The notes: generated by a model not told the origin, from the sequence alone. A stretch of DNA of 63,112 nt, filler included, from Octopus bimaculoides (GCF_001194135.2; 5 parts of 5 records of this genome joined end to end with filler, not necessarily neighbours in it); one strand, 5' to 3'. Counted from the first letter of the whole stretch, positions 25,036 through 37,444 are shown. A program made the numbers and translations.

Positions 25036-25430
25036 ATGTGTGTATGTATGTATGTATGTATGTATGTATGTATGTATTATGTATGTATTATGTATGTATG
25101 CATGTATGTATGTATGTACGTTCGTACGTACGTATGTATGCATCTATCTACCTATGTACATATGTACGTATGCATGTATGTATGTATGTACGTACGTATG
25201 TATACATGTATGTATGTATGTATGTATGTATGCATGTACGTATATATACATGTATGCATGCCTATATACATGTATATGTTCGTATGCATGTACGTGTGCG
25301 TCTTTGCATGTGTCTGTGCATATGTATGAATGTATGTATGTATGTATGTATGTGTACATGTATGCATGTATATATGTATATATATGCATACATCTATATG
25401 TATGCACATATGAGTACGTCTTTAAATGTA
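25036..25430. repeat. Degenerate (TATG)n microsatellite
   Basis: Directly visible. Confidence 0.97.
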
Positions 25431-25475
25431 CNNNNNNNNNNNNNNNNNNNNNNNNNNNNNNNNNNNNNNNNNNNN

Positions 25476-25487
25476 TTAATTAATTAA
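25476..25487. other. Assembly gap linker TTAATTAATTAA (artefact)
   Basis: Centred in 44 N + 12 nt + 44 N. The same construct occurs at 37379, 52668 and 61616. Confidence 0.95.
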
Positions 25488-25885
25488 NNNNNNNNNNNNN
25501 NNNNNNNNNNNNNNNNNNNNNNNNNNNNNNNCTTCCGATCTATATATATATAAATATGGGGTAACTTTACATTAAAGAGTGGAACATACATTTTCTTGTA
25601 AGTCAGACTGTCTTGTGGTCCCAGAAAACAAAATGGAAAAGGTGTGAACACCAGATAAATAAGCAAAACAAAAGCGCTTCCAGGTGGTTTTGTCAATCTA
25701 CAAAACATAGCAGCCAAATCTTTCTGAAATAATACCCAAGGAAGGACATATTTAGTAATATTATTCTAAATACCACTTCTCTTTCCTCCTAAATATTTGA
25801 GATTGTCACAACTGGAATTTCTTTTATCACTTCTTTTGATGATTGATAAGTCCAATGAGGATTAGCTTGGATTTAAACAATTACT

Positions 25886-26276
25886 GTGGAGGCGTAATGG
25901 CCCAGTGGTTAGGGCAGCGGACTCACGGTCGTAGGATCGCGGTTTCGATTCCCAGACCGGGCGTTGTGAGTGTTTATTGAGCGAAAACACCTAAAAGCTC
26001 CACGAGGCTCCGGTAGGGGATGGTGGCGAATCCTGCTGTATTCTTCCACCACAACTTTCTCTCACTCTTACTTCCTGTTTCTGTTGTGCCTGTAATTCAA
26101 AGGTTCAGCCTTGTCACACTGTGTCACACTGAATATCCCCGAGAAGTATGTTAAGGGTACACGTGTCTGTGGAGTGCTCAGCCACTTGCACGTTAATTTC
26201 ACGAGCAGGCTGTTCCGTTGATCGGATCAACTGGAACCCTCGACGTTGTAAGCGACGGAGTGCCAACAACAACAAC
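25886..26276 (+). mobile_element. Full-length young SINE family D with 11-bp TSD
   Basis: A box tggcccagtgg, B box ggtttcgattccc, (AAC)n tail; TSD aaacaattact at 25875-25885 and 26277-26287. Confidence 0.95.
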
Positions 26277-28309
26277 AAACAATTACTATTTCATTCCACT
26301 AACATTTGTAATGTCATGGGGAAATGAATGTCTGCCATTACATTGCATTTATATTTCATTTCTCTCATCATTTGTCATGTCCAGCACAGGAATGCTTGTC
26401 ATTGTAGCACATCCACTATGGCCGGTTTTATTCCACATAGATTGATAAGAATACAAATGTTTTGTTATCATTACCTGGTTTTGGTTTGTATACATTCACT
26501 TATACTTCCCATCTCATGAAGAAATGAATGCTTGTCCTTACTTCACATTTCTATTTCATTTTCATTATTATTCAGAGAGAGGTTGTAAACCTAGCTAAAT
26601 ATGTTATGATATCACATGTGTTCTGTCCATCCATACAGATTTAGCCAAACAGTTACCACAGTTTTTGTTGTTATTGTAATTTAACCCCAGGTCATCCCTG
26701 GTCCAGGAGACCTATGACTGAAAGAATTCCAGAGGTAAAATTTTTTTTCTTTTTAAGAAAGCGTATGTCATATCATATTTTCTAATTTTTCTTTCCATTT
26801 CTTAGGATTCCATTTCTTAGGATTTGAGAGCATTTGCCTGTTATTTTCAGCAGGGTGACTGACCATATAGAGGCTCTCTTATTAATTCAAATAAGAAAGC
26901 ATTGTATCAAAGAATGGTGATTGTTGTGAAGGAACCTTGAGCCAACACAATAGAAATCAACAAATAATGAGCACTTGATGTGACATTTAAATACATATCT
27001 ATTGTACCCAATATCTGAAATGTGGAATTTTGTCCAGTCTGTGCGATATTTAATTTGTAAGCACCCTTAAGCATCAGTCTCATTCAACCCCAAACCTCCA
27101 TGCCATGTCAAATTATCTGTTCCTTATTTCAGTCAGTAAAATTGTTAAAAAAAATATTCTTAGTACAACAGTTTTCTTGAATAAAACAAAAGGTTTTAAT
27201 GATATTAACTTGTTAAGCTAACACTAAATGTGCTTATAACATTTCTGGGATCCAGTGGCATCTAGAAACAGCAGCCAAAGCTTCTTTAAATCAGAATGAA
27301 AGACAGAATGTTCATGGCTGGAATTCTTTTCATCATACGTCTACCTTGGGGCTAGACAACAACAATTGGCACTGAATTTCAATGAATTGGAATGCTTTTG
27401 TCTCTAATATGGTATGTCTCTTACATTACCTGGGTGTGTTTAAATGGACTTGTGTGTACATTGATGCACATTTCTTATCACTGGAAGTTTATATATTTGA
27501 CCTTTCTATTATTGAAGAATTACCTTACTGTGCATAAATGTATATGTATGCTTTTACTGAGGTACTGCTATCAAAAATACAACTCAGATAAGGACTGAAC
27601 TCAGAACCTTTAGATTTATCGATAAGATTAAATTAAGGAACTGATACTACTTAATGCACTTTGACTATTAGATATTTGTTAACTGAATACACACACATAT
27701 GAGTGTCTGTATATATGTATGTATGTATGTATGTATCTGTCTGGCTGTCTGTTTACCTATCTATCTCTGTATATATTTATCTATATATATTTCTAATGAT
27801 TCACCAAGAAATGGCAAATTACAAACCCAATACATAAATTTAGAGTATTCTTTTATAAATTATAATATATAACTCATAGTTTTCAGTACTCAGAGTTTTA
27901 CAATTCTGACCATGTAGTTGGTAATCTGAATTTGTTTTTTCCTTAAATTATCTGTTGTTTGAATATATTTTGAAATATTATGCAAAAATTGTCAAAGAAT
28001 TGTTTATTTCTGTGTTTTTTTAAATAATTAACTAAGTCATTTATATATAAATGCTGCTTCAAGCTCACATTTTTCATTTTATATCTGGCTTTTATGAGAA
28101 TACCCCCAAACAAGAGCCCTTCTGCTAAAAGCTGTCCCTCAGAAAATTGCGTTGCTTCATGTAGAAACCAAAGGTTTAACTAGGTCAAAATTCAAAGAGC
28201 CTAGTGGTGCATACACTAAATATACTTAGTTCAGTGCATGTAAGGTAGTAAGAATTCAGTTCTTTGAAACACAAGAAAAAAAAAAAAAAACATACGCTTT
28301 TACTCTTTT

Positions 28310-28680
28310 ACTTGTTTCAGTTATTTGACTGCGGCCATGCTGGAGCACCGCCTTTAGTCAAGAAAATCGACCCCAGGAATTATTCTTTGTAAGCCTAGTA
28401 CTTATTCTATCGGTCTTTTTTTTGCCGAACCGCTAAGTTACGGGGACGTAAACACACCAGCATCGGTGGGGGGACAAATACAGACACACAAACACACATA
28501 CATATATATATATACATATATACGACGGGCTTCTTTCAGTTTCCGTCTACCAAATCCACTTACAAGGCTTTGGTCGGCCCGAGGCTATAGTAGAAGACAC
28601 TTACCCAAGGTGCCACACAGTGGGACTGAACCCGGAACCATGTGGTTGGTAAGCAAGCTACTTACCACACAACCACTCCT
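28310..28680 (-). mobile_element. SINE family A, near full length
   Basis: Both halves present in antisense with an internal (CA)/(TA) tract. Confidence 0.92.
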
Positions 28681-29072
28681 AAATTTTGACAAAGCCACCG
28701 TAGAGTTCTATCAGCACTGACAAATGAATGCTTGTGTTTATAAAATCAATTCTTGAAAGTCAATTGTGTTGGATCACTATATATTTTAATTTCATCTCTG
28801 TTGCTTGTTTCTTCTTTAGCATCATATATCATCAACTTTCCTGAATATTTGCCAGTTAGTGAGCCATTCTCATGAATTCTGAAGTCATGTAATTGCTGTT
28901 GGCCAACTTTTTACTTATCTTTTCTATTCAGCTTTGCAACATTATCAGCTGTGATACAAAAACCTGGAATTTGTTGCTATATTTTGTCTATCTCCTTAAC
29001 GTCTTGGAAATTTTAGGTATAATTATACTAATGTGTCCATCTGTTCTAATTGAATTAAATTCTATGTCTTTG

Positions 29073-29159
29073 TGCAGCTGAGGATTGGTCTGCATTTTAA
29101 ATTGATGTAATGATTACATTGTTCAATTAAATGGAGTTGCCTGAAACGATCGTACTGCA
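29073..29159 (+). ncRNA. Type I hammerhead ribozyme motif, family H1 copy A
   Basis: UGCAG-CUGAGGA-[58 nt stem/loop II]-GAAA-CGAUCG-UA-CUGCA: perfect 5-bp stem I, palindromic ACGAUCGU stem III, GUA site. The base of stem II is mismatched. Confidence 0.75.
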
Positions 29160-29188
29160 TTACTTCTGGATATCCTTCTTGCCTATTT

Positions 29189-29224
<36 letters not shown>

Positions 29225-29814
29225 GACGGGCTTCTTTCAGTTTCTCTCAACCAAATCCACTCACAAGACTTTGGCTGGCCCGGGGCTATGGTAGAAGACA
29301 CTTGCCCAAGGTACCACGCAAGGAATTTGGATTTTAATCACAATGTCTCAAGTTCAATCCCACTGTGTGTTGTTTAGAGCACATGTCACTTATTATGGGT
29401 CTTGAGCAAAACAGAATGCTTGTGAGTGACATTGGATTCAATGAAACTATTTGGAAGCCTGCTAGATGGACTATGCTTGTAGCTCACATGTTGGACCTTT
29501 TTTAATACTGTTTCTTGCTGATTCTGCTTAGGATTTACATTAAGGGTTCATGTATCTGTGGTGCATTCAGCCACTTATGTGAGCAACTGAATATTTTTCA
29601 TTGAAATCCACAAAAATCCATTTATATGATATGTATTTATATATATATATACATATATACATACATACACACATATATATATATATATAAAATTTAGATT
29701 CAAGGTGAATATGGTACTTAAGTTTAGGCACCAGAATTAAGTATGGTATTATCCATACAAATTCAAAATAAGGTGATTAAAATCAAAATAAGCAACAAGG
29801 ATATCCAAAGTTAA

Positions 29815-29902
29815 CGCTGTACGATTGTTTCATGCGACTCCATTTATTTAAGCAATGAGAACATTACATCAAATGTAAAATGCAGAGCAATCCTCAGCTG
29901 CA
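29815..29902 (-). ncRNA. Type I hammerhead motif, family H1 copy C
   Basis: Minus strand UGCAG-CUGAGGA-UUGC...GCAU-GAAA-CAAUCG-UA-CAGCG, with one stem III substitution. Confidence 0.6.
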
Positions 29903-30155
29903 CAAAGATAAAGAAATTTACTGAAATTACATTTCAACAGAAGGACATATTCTTATTACTACATTTAAACTCGCCAAGTAGAAAGGAAGAATACAAAAAA
30001 AACATTTTGACTTAGCCAGACCATACTAGCCTGTATGGTCTGGCAAAGTCAAAATATTTTTTTGTATTCTTTCTTTCCACTTGGAGAGTTTAAATGTAGT
30101 TACAAAAATATGTCCTTCCGTTGAAATGAAATTTCAGTAAATTTCTATATCTTTG

Positions 30156-30243
30156 TGCAGCTGAGGATTGCTCTGCATTTTACATTTTATGTAATGTTCA
30201 CATTGCTTAAATAAATGGAGTTGCAAGAAACGATCGTACAGCA
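30156..30243 (+). ncRNA. Type I hammerhead ribozyme motif, family H1 copy B
   Basis: UGCAG-CUGAGGA-UUGC...GCAA-GAAA-CGAUCG-UA-CAGCA: all core nucleotides intact, stem II base paired, one stem I mismatch. Confidence 0.78.
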
Positions 30244-30282
30244 TTAAATTTGGATATCCTTGTTACTTATTTTGATATATAT

Positions 30283-30425
30283 CATCATCATCATCATCAT
30301 CATCGTTTAACGTCCGCTTTCCATGCTAGCATGGGTTGGACGATTTGACTGAGGACTGGTGAAACCGGATGGCAACACCAGGCTCCAGTCTAATTTGGCA
30401 GAGTTTCTACAGCTGGATGCCCTTA
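30283..30425 (-). mobile_element. RTE/Expander-type 3' tail repeat ending in (GAT)n
   Basis: (cat)n gtttaacgtccgctttccatgc...tttctacagctggatgccctt. Further copies at 32829-33055, 33800-34015, 37050-37160, 40280-40470 (all -) and 48290-48575 (+). Confidence 0.8.
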
Positions 30426-30711
30426 TATATATATATATATATACACATGTATATATACACATACATTAATATACACACACATATAGATATATACACATTC
30501 ACATATATAGGTAGGTAGCAAAATCCAAATCAATAGATATATGAGTAGATGCATTCATAAATCTTTTGGTGTGTCTCAGTGACACAACTATTGAACACTT
30601 TGTGAATGTATCATTGATTTGTATTACTGTATTTGAAAACACCATGATTTCTCAAAAGCATTTTATCTATTTAGCTAATATGCATTTGTGTGGGTATGTA
30701 TGTATAAATAC

Positions 30712-30748
<37 letters not shown>

Positions 30749-31755
30749 NNNNNNNNNNNNNNNNNNNNNNNNNNNNNNNNNNNNNNNNNNNNNNNNNNNN
30801 NNNNNNNNNNNNNNNNNNNNNNNNNNNNNNNNNNNNNNNNNNNNNNNNNNNNNNNNNNNNNNNNNNNNNNNNNNNNNNNNNNNNNNNNNNNNNNNNNNNN
30901 NNNNNNNNNNNNNNNNNNNNNNNNNNNNNNNNNNNNNNNNNNNNNNNNNNNNNNNNNNNNNNNNNNNNNNNNNNNNNNNNNNNNNNNNNNNNNNNNNNNN
31001 NNNNNNNNNNNNNNNNNNNNNNNNNNNNNNNNNNNNNNNNNNNNNNNNNNNNNNNNNNNNNNNNNNNNNNNNNNNNNNNNNNNNNNNNNNNNNNNNNNNN
31101 NNNNNNNNNNNNNNNNNNNNNNNNNNNNNNNNNNNNNNNNNNNNNNNNNNNNNNNNNNNNNNNNNNNNNNNNNNNNNNNNNNNNNNNNNNNNNNNNNNNN
31201 NNNNNNNNNNNNNNNNNNNNNNNNNNNNNNNNNNNNNNNNNNNNNNNNNNNNNNNNNNNNNNNNNNNNNNNNNNNNNNNNNNNNNNNNNNNNNNNNNNNN
31301 NNNNNNNNNNNNNNNNNNNNNNNNNNNNNNNNNNNNNNNNNNNNNNNNNNNNNNNNNNNNNNNNNNNNNNNNNNNNNNNNNNNNNNNNNNNNNNNNNNNN
31401 NNNNNNNNNNNNNNNNNNNNNNNNNNNNNNNNNNNNNNNNNNNNNNNNNNNNNNNNNNNNNNNNNNNNNNNNNNNNNNNNNNNNNNNNNNNNNNNNNNNN
31501 NNNNNNNNNNNNNNNNNNNNNNNNNNNNNNNNNNNNNNNNNNNNNNNNNNNNNNNNNNNNNNNNNNNNNNNNNNNNNNNNNNNNNNNNNNNNNNNNNNNN
31601 NNNNNNNNNNNNNNNNNNNNNNNNNNNNNNNNNNNNNNNNNNNNNNNNNNNNNNNNNNNNNNNNNNNNNNNNNNNNNNNNNNNNNNNNNNNNNNNNNNNN
31701 NNNNNNNNNNNNNNNNNNNNNNNNNNNNNNNNNNNNNNNNNNNNATATATATAAA

Positions 31756-31806
<51 letters not shown>

Positions 31807-31820
31807 ATATATATACATAA

Positions 31821-31854
<34 letters not shown>

Positions 31855-32167
31855 GTATATCGATATGGGTATATAATAGATGACATATTTATATGTCATG
31901 CATTGTCTCATTTACATTTTACAGTTACTTTCCTTTGTTTCTTTCATGTTTCTTTCTTTATTATTTCTTTATTACTTTCCTTCTTTTTTTTTCCTATATG
32001 GTATTCTCCTTTTTAACCAAACAGGTTTTTCACTGAGAACTGTTTATGGTGCTCTTTTATAGAAAGTTAAGAGCTTCCGTAAAGTTATTAAGTGGATTAA
32101 CAGCTTTACTCTTCAAGCCATCTATCCAAAACCCTCCAATCACTCACACACGCATGCACACACACGT

Positions 32168-32202
<35 letters not shown>

Positions 32203-32615
32203 TACATACACTCGCACACACATACGCTTAGACATGCACTATGAATGTTTATGTACAGACACACACACACTCACACATGCAAACACACACACATACATGA
32301 ACTCAAACACACATAGAGACACAAGAGAAAAGTTTTAGAATTCAATAGATATCTCCCAATATGAAATTTGCCATTCAAATATTCTAATCTTCATTTCTTC
32401 ATTTATTTGTTTATGTATGTATGTATTTATTTGTTTATTTATTTCTCTACACTCTGGGGTTTTCGTTTTATCTGTGTATGTTTCCATCTCTGCATATCTA
32501 TATGCGTGTCGGTGTGCATGTGTAAGTTGTATGTTCATGCAGAAATATATAACAAAAATATATATGATATATGAAATAGACTGTTACATATCTATCTACC
32601 TACATACATGCATAC

Positions 32616-32649
<34 letters not shown>

Positions 32650-33085
32650 GTATATATATATATGTATATATATGTATATATGTAGATATATTTGTGTATG
32701 CATATATATATATGTCTGTGTATATATATATGTTTCTATATATATATATATGTCTATGTATATATCTGTATATATATATATATGTATATACATACATGCA
32801 TATATATATATATATGTATGCATATACATCATCATTTAACATCTACTTTCCATGCCGGCATTGGTTGGACAATTTGACTCAGAACTGGTAAGCAAAGAGG
32901 CTGCACCAGGCTCCAGTCTGATTTGGCAAGGTTTCTACAGCTGGATGCCCTTCCTAACACCAACCACTCCGAGAGTGTAGTAGGTGCTTTTACGTGCTAC
33001 TGGCATGAGAGCCAGTCAGGTGGCACTGGCATTGGCCATGCTCAAATAGCGCTTTTTACATATATTAGTATATATATGTATATGA

Positions 33086-33116
<31 letters not shown>

Positions 33117-33291
33117 CACTGCCACCTGATCTAGGTGTATGCACACATTTGTCAACAAGCAAGATATATTCTCTGTGACAAGGCGTAGAGAGTAGATTGT
33201 TCCCCAGTTTGAATATGAATCAAACATATTCGGACTGATAACATTGCATGGTGCACCAGCATGACCGCAGCCACTTGGCTGAAACACATAA

Positions 33292-33344
<53 letters not shown>

Positions 33345-33346
<2 letters not shown>

Positions 33347-33745
33347 TGCAGGAGTAGTTGTATGGTAAGTAGCTTGCTTACCAACCACATGGTTCCAGAT
33401 TTATTCCCACTGCGTGGACACTTGGGCAAGTGTCTTCTACTATAGCCTCGGGCCGACCAAAGCGTTATGAGTGGATTTGGTAGACGGAAACTGAAAAAAG
33501 CCCATCGTATATATGTATATATATATATATGTGGGTGTGTGTATATGTTTGTGTGTCTGTTTGTCTCCCCAACATCGCTTGACAACCGATGCTGGTGTGT
33601 TTGCGTCCCTGTACATTAGTGGTTCAGCAAAACAGAGAGTTAGAATAAGTACTAGGCTTACGAAGAAGAAGTCCTGGGGTCGATTTGCTCGACTAAAAGT
33701 GGCTCTCTCACATGGCCACAATGAAATGACTGAATTAAGTAAAGA

Positions 33746-33747
<2 letters not shown>
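33345..33747 (+). mobile_element. SINE family A, full length
   Basis: Head, internal (TA)/(TG) tract and 3' half, embedded in (TA)n. Confidence 0.92.
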
Positions 33748-33789
<42 letters not shown>

Positions 33790-34020
33790 TTACCATCACC
33801 ATCATCGTTTAATATCCGCTTTCCATGCTGGCATGGTTTGGACAGTTTGACTGAGGACTGGCAAGCCATGGGGCTGCACAAGGCTGCAATCTGATCTGGC
33901 AAGGTTTCCACAGTTGGATGCCCTTCCTAACACCAACCACTCCAAAAGTGTAGTGGCTGCTTTTTACGTATCACTGGCAAAGGAGCCAGTCAGGTAGGAC
34001 TGGCATCAACTATGCTTGAA

Positions 34021-34062
<42 letters not shown>

Positions 34063-34254
34063 CAAAGAATATATATGCATGTATACACACATATATGCAC
34101 ATACTTACATCTACATATGTATATAGATGCATATCAGGGTACAGGATGTTAGAACAATGAGCTACAGACAACGGAACGAACACATAGGAAAACAGATAGC
34201 CACTTGGAATTAATCCTTCGTCAGCTGCCTCTATTGTAACTAGACATTTCGAAG

Positions 34255-34300
<46 letters not shown>

Positions 34301-34384
34301 NNNNNNNNNNNNNNNNNNNNNNNNNNNNNNNNNNNNNNNNNNNNNNNNNNNNNNNNNNNNNNNNNNNNNNNNNNNNNTATATAT

Positions 34385-34433
<49 letters not shown>

Positions 34434-34849
34434 CATATACCCATGCAGATATGATATATATATATGTAGATTACATATCTATGCACAAAATATGCATACA
34501 TAGACATTCACTCACAGATATATGGAATATGCAACAAATAAGTAAACAAATATAGTCATACATATAAATGTGTTCCCCTAATTGCCTATATTTTTGTATG
34601 GGTTCCCACTCTTTGCACTTATACATTTATGTATATGTTTGTATATCTATTGATCCAATCACACATTTTTATGTATATAATGATTTTTGTTTTTTATTTT
34701 TTTTATATAGACTGTTTTCAGATATGTTTTTTTACATAGCATTTCATATCTACGTGTATTTATATGTGTGTGTTTGTATATGTGTACGTATATATATATG
34801 TATGCATGTATGTATGTATACATATATACATATATACATATATACATAC

Positions 34850-34897
<48 letters not shown>

Positions 34898-36005
34898 NNN
34901 NNNNNNNNNNNNNNNNNNNNNNNNNNNNNNNNNNNNNNNNNNNNNNNNNNNNNNNNNNNNNNNNNNNNNNNNNNNNNNNNNNNNNNNNNNNNNNNNNNNN
35001 NNNNNNNNNNNNNNNNNNNNNNNNNNNNNNNNNNNNNNNNNNNNNNNNNNNNNNNNNNNNNNNNNNNNNNNNNNNNNNNNNNNNNNNNNNNNNNNNNNNN
35101 NNNNNNNNNNNNNNNNNNNNNNNNNNNNNNNNNNNNNNNNNNNNNNNNNNNNNNNNNNNNNNNNNNNNNNNNNNTATATATATGCTCTCACAAAGACACA
35201 AACACATGTACATGTACATACACATATATACACACACAGATATACAGAACACATATGCACACAGACATATGATACATGTACGCACAGTTATTTCTTTTCT
35301 GTTCCCATTCTCATCTCTGCATAAGAAGACAAATTAAAGAGACATTGCAAGAAAACTAGTGGAACAATTAATATAGTGATGCCACTTTCTATACAATATT
35401 ACAGCGATGCACATGCAGAAATGAATGCACAGTTGCACATGAATGAATTTATTTTTGACATTCAGAAACATTGTCACTCTGATCTCTAGAATTTCTAGAA
35501 TATTCTGTTGATTCTTGATTCCTTTTGACTTGGCATAGTTTAGATATTTGTTATGTGTAATGAGTATAATTGATTAAATTGATCTTAAAGTTGTTGTTGT
35601 TGTAGTTGTGATTGTTATTTAACCCAAGGTAAGCCGTAATTGAGCAGATATCTTTCCAATAGCATTCCAACTGTGACCATGCAGTCTTGTTTTTAAAATG
35701 AAGTTTTTTTTCAAAATTTATGCATCGAGAACAATATTATAGAATAAAATTTTTTCCTTTATCATTATTGATATCATTGGTAAGGCAGCAGGCTGGCAGA
35801 ATCGTTAGCATGCCATGTGATTTGAGGGAGATTTATCTGGTATTTTGCAGAAGTTGAGTTGAATGTTCAGCCAGCCAACATCTCCACCGAGATTACTTTA
35901 AAAGACCATAAGCCAAATTTTCTTAACTGGCCCGAAATGCAGACCTAATCCAACTAAATTAGGTAGAGTTAGTTAAGTTGTCCTTGATACAATTAATATT
36001 GAAAT

Positions 36006-36276
36006 GTTAAGGTTATCTCTACAGATATTCTATAGAAATTCTAACCAGCACTGATTTTAGTTACGTTGTTTCATATCCAAGATATTAGATGTAAACAAAC
36101 AATGGGATCAAAGATGATAAAAGGGTAATGGGTGTATATGCCATATTTCGGGAGTTTTTACTTCTTCATCAGTACCCATCTAACCCCTTAATCATCCAGA
36201 AACATTGCTTAAATAGCAAGAAAAATATCAGTGCTGGTTATCATTTCTATAGGATACCTGTACAAATAACCCTAAC
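36006..36276 (-). ncRNA. 271-nt rod-like element with an apical type I hammerhead (family H2; retrozyme/PLE-like)
   Basis: Minus strand AUGGGUA-CUGAUGA-AGAAGU-AAAA-ACUCCC-GAAA-UAUG-G-CAUA-UA-CACCCAU (36179-36128). Flanks 36006-36060 and 36221-36276 are long inverted repeats. Confidence 0.75.
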
Positions 36277-36479
36277 GAATAATATAATAACACTGCTAAC
36301 ACAGTAGAACATGGTAGTGACGTATAAAAACATTTAATATACTTTTTAGTATATTATGGTTGCATAACAAAATTCTTTGTCCTTAATTATAATTATAATT
36401 TATACTTTTATAAATCTCTATAAATGAATTCATCTTTATAGGGCTTATATGGTGTCCACTGATAAAATTTTTAACAGTT

Positions 36480-37040
36480 TTATTATTATTATTATTGTTC
36501 AGTAGTTTTATTTTTATAATGTGCTTTCACTTCACTACTGAGCGCAGCTCTGTGTGCCTTGGGTATATGCTGTGATTTGCTGTGGTGCTCTTATGGTTAC
36601 TGTATTGAAAGTGTTTTGCGTAGAATATGTGCAGTGCCCAGTAGTGCAATTTTCTGTATGTTATATATATTTGTAAGTTCTGGTGTTTTTGTTATGTATT
36701 TGTCTGAATATTTTTTTATTATACCTAAGACACCTATTATGATAGGAATTGTTTCTGTTTTTAGATTCCACATTCGAGTTACCTCTATTTCCAGGTCTTT
36801 GTATTTTGAAAGTTTTTCCATTTCTTTTAGAGAAACGTTGTCATCTGCTGGTATTGATACATCAATTAGAAAGCATTTTTTTCCTTCATGATCTTTGACA
36901 ACAATATCTGGTCTATTTGCCTTAATTTCTCTATCTGTGTGTATTGGCATATCCCAGAGTATGGCTGCTTTCTCGTTTTCTGTGACCTTTTCTGGCGTGT
37001 GTTTATACCATCCTTTTTCTGTTGTTATTCCTATTATTAT
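36480..37040 (-). mobile_element. R4/Dong-like LINE 3' end with (TAA)n tail
   Basis: ILWDMPIHTDREIKANRPDIVVKDHEGKKCFLIDVSIP...KYKDLEIE...IQKIALLGTAHILRK; (aat)n tail at ~36480-36496. Confidence 0.92.
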
Positions 37041-37180
37041 TATATCATCATCATCATCATCCTCGTTTAACGTCTGTTTTCCATGCTGGCATGGAAGCCA
37101 GTCAAGGCAGCACTGGCATCGGCCATGTTTGGATGGTGCTTTTTATGTGTTACCGGCATGGGGCTCACAACTACAATTTC

Positions 37181-37223
<43 letters not shown>

Positions 37224-37444
37224 CTATCAAATCCACTCACAAAGCATTGCCCAGCAGTGCATCTGAAACTGGTATCATGTAGTTGGAAAGCAAACTTCTT
37301 AACACACACCCATGCCTCTGCCTCTATTCAATATNNNNNNNNNNNNNNNNNNNNNNNNNNNNNNNNNNNNNNNNNNNNTTAATTAATTAANNNNNNNNNN
37401 NNNNNNNNNNNNNNNNNNNNNNNNNNNNNNNNNNACACATATAT

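Larger units (their letters stand above)
29780..30278. repeat. ~500-bp imperfect palindrome of two H1 units, centre ccagaccatac-tagcct-gtatggtctgg
   Basis: Arms 29780-30025 and 30032-30278 are reverse complements with scattered mismatches. Confidence 0.93.

Noticed and set aside
25888-25965. tRNA gene
   Set aside because: It has A and B boxes but no convincing cloverleaf, and continues into a SINE body with a tail and TSD. The same applies to the other SINE heads.
28931-29017. Plus-strand exon with good-looking splice sites
   Set aside because: No recognisable protein and no partner exons. Such signals are common in AT-rich DNA.
30340-30375. CTGAGGACTGGTGAAACCGG in RTE-type tails
   Set aside because: No stem II can form in 5 nt (C..T ends) and there is no NUH/stem I.
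34190-34258. Repeat (also at 52545-52623) with ttcGAAA upstream of CTGAYGAAG-GGA..TCC
   Set aside because: The core halves are in the wrong order for a closed stem II and no stem I can be drawn. Possibly a Penelope end, but not a supportable hammerhead.
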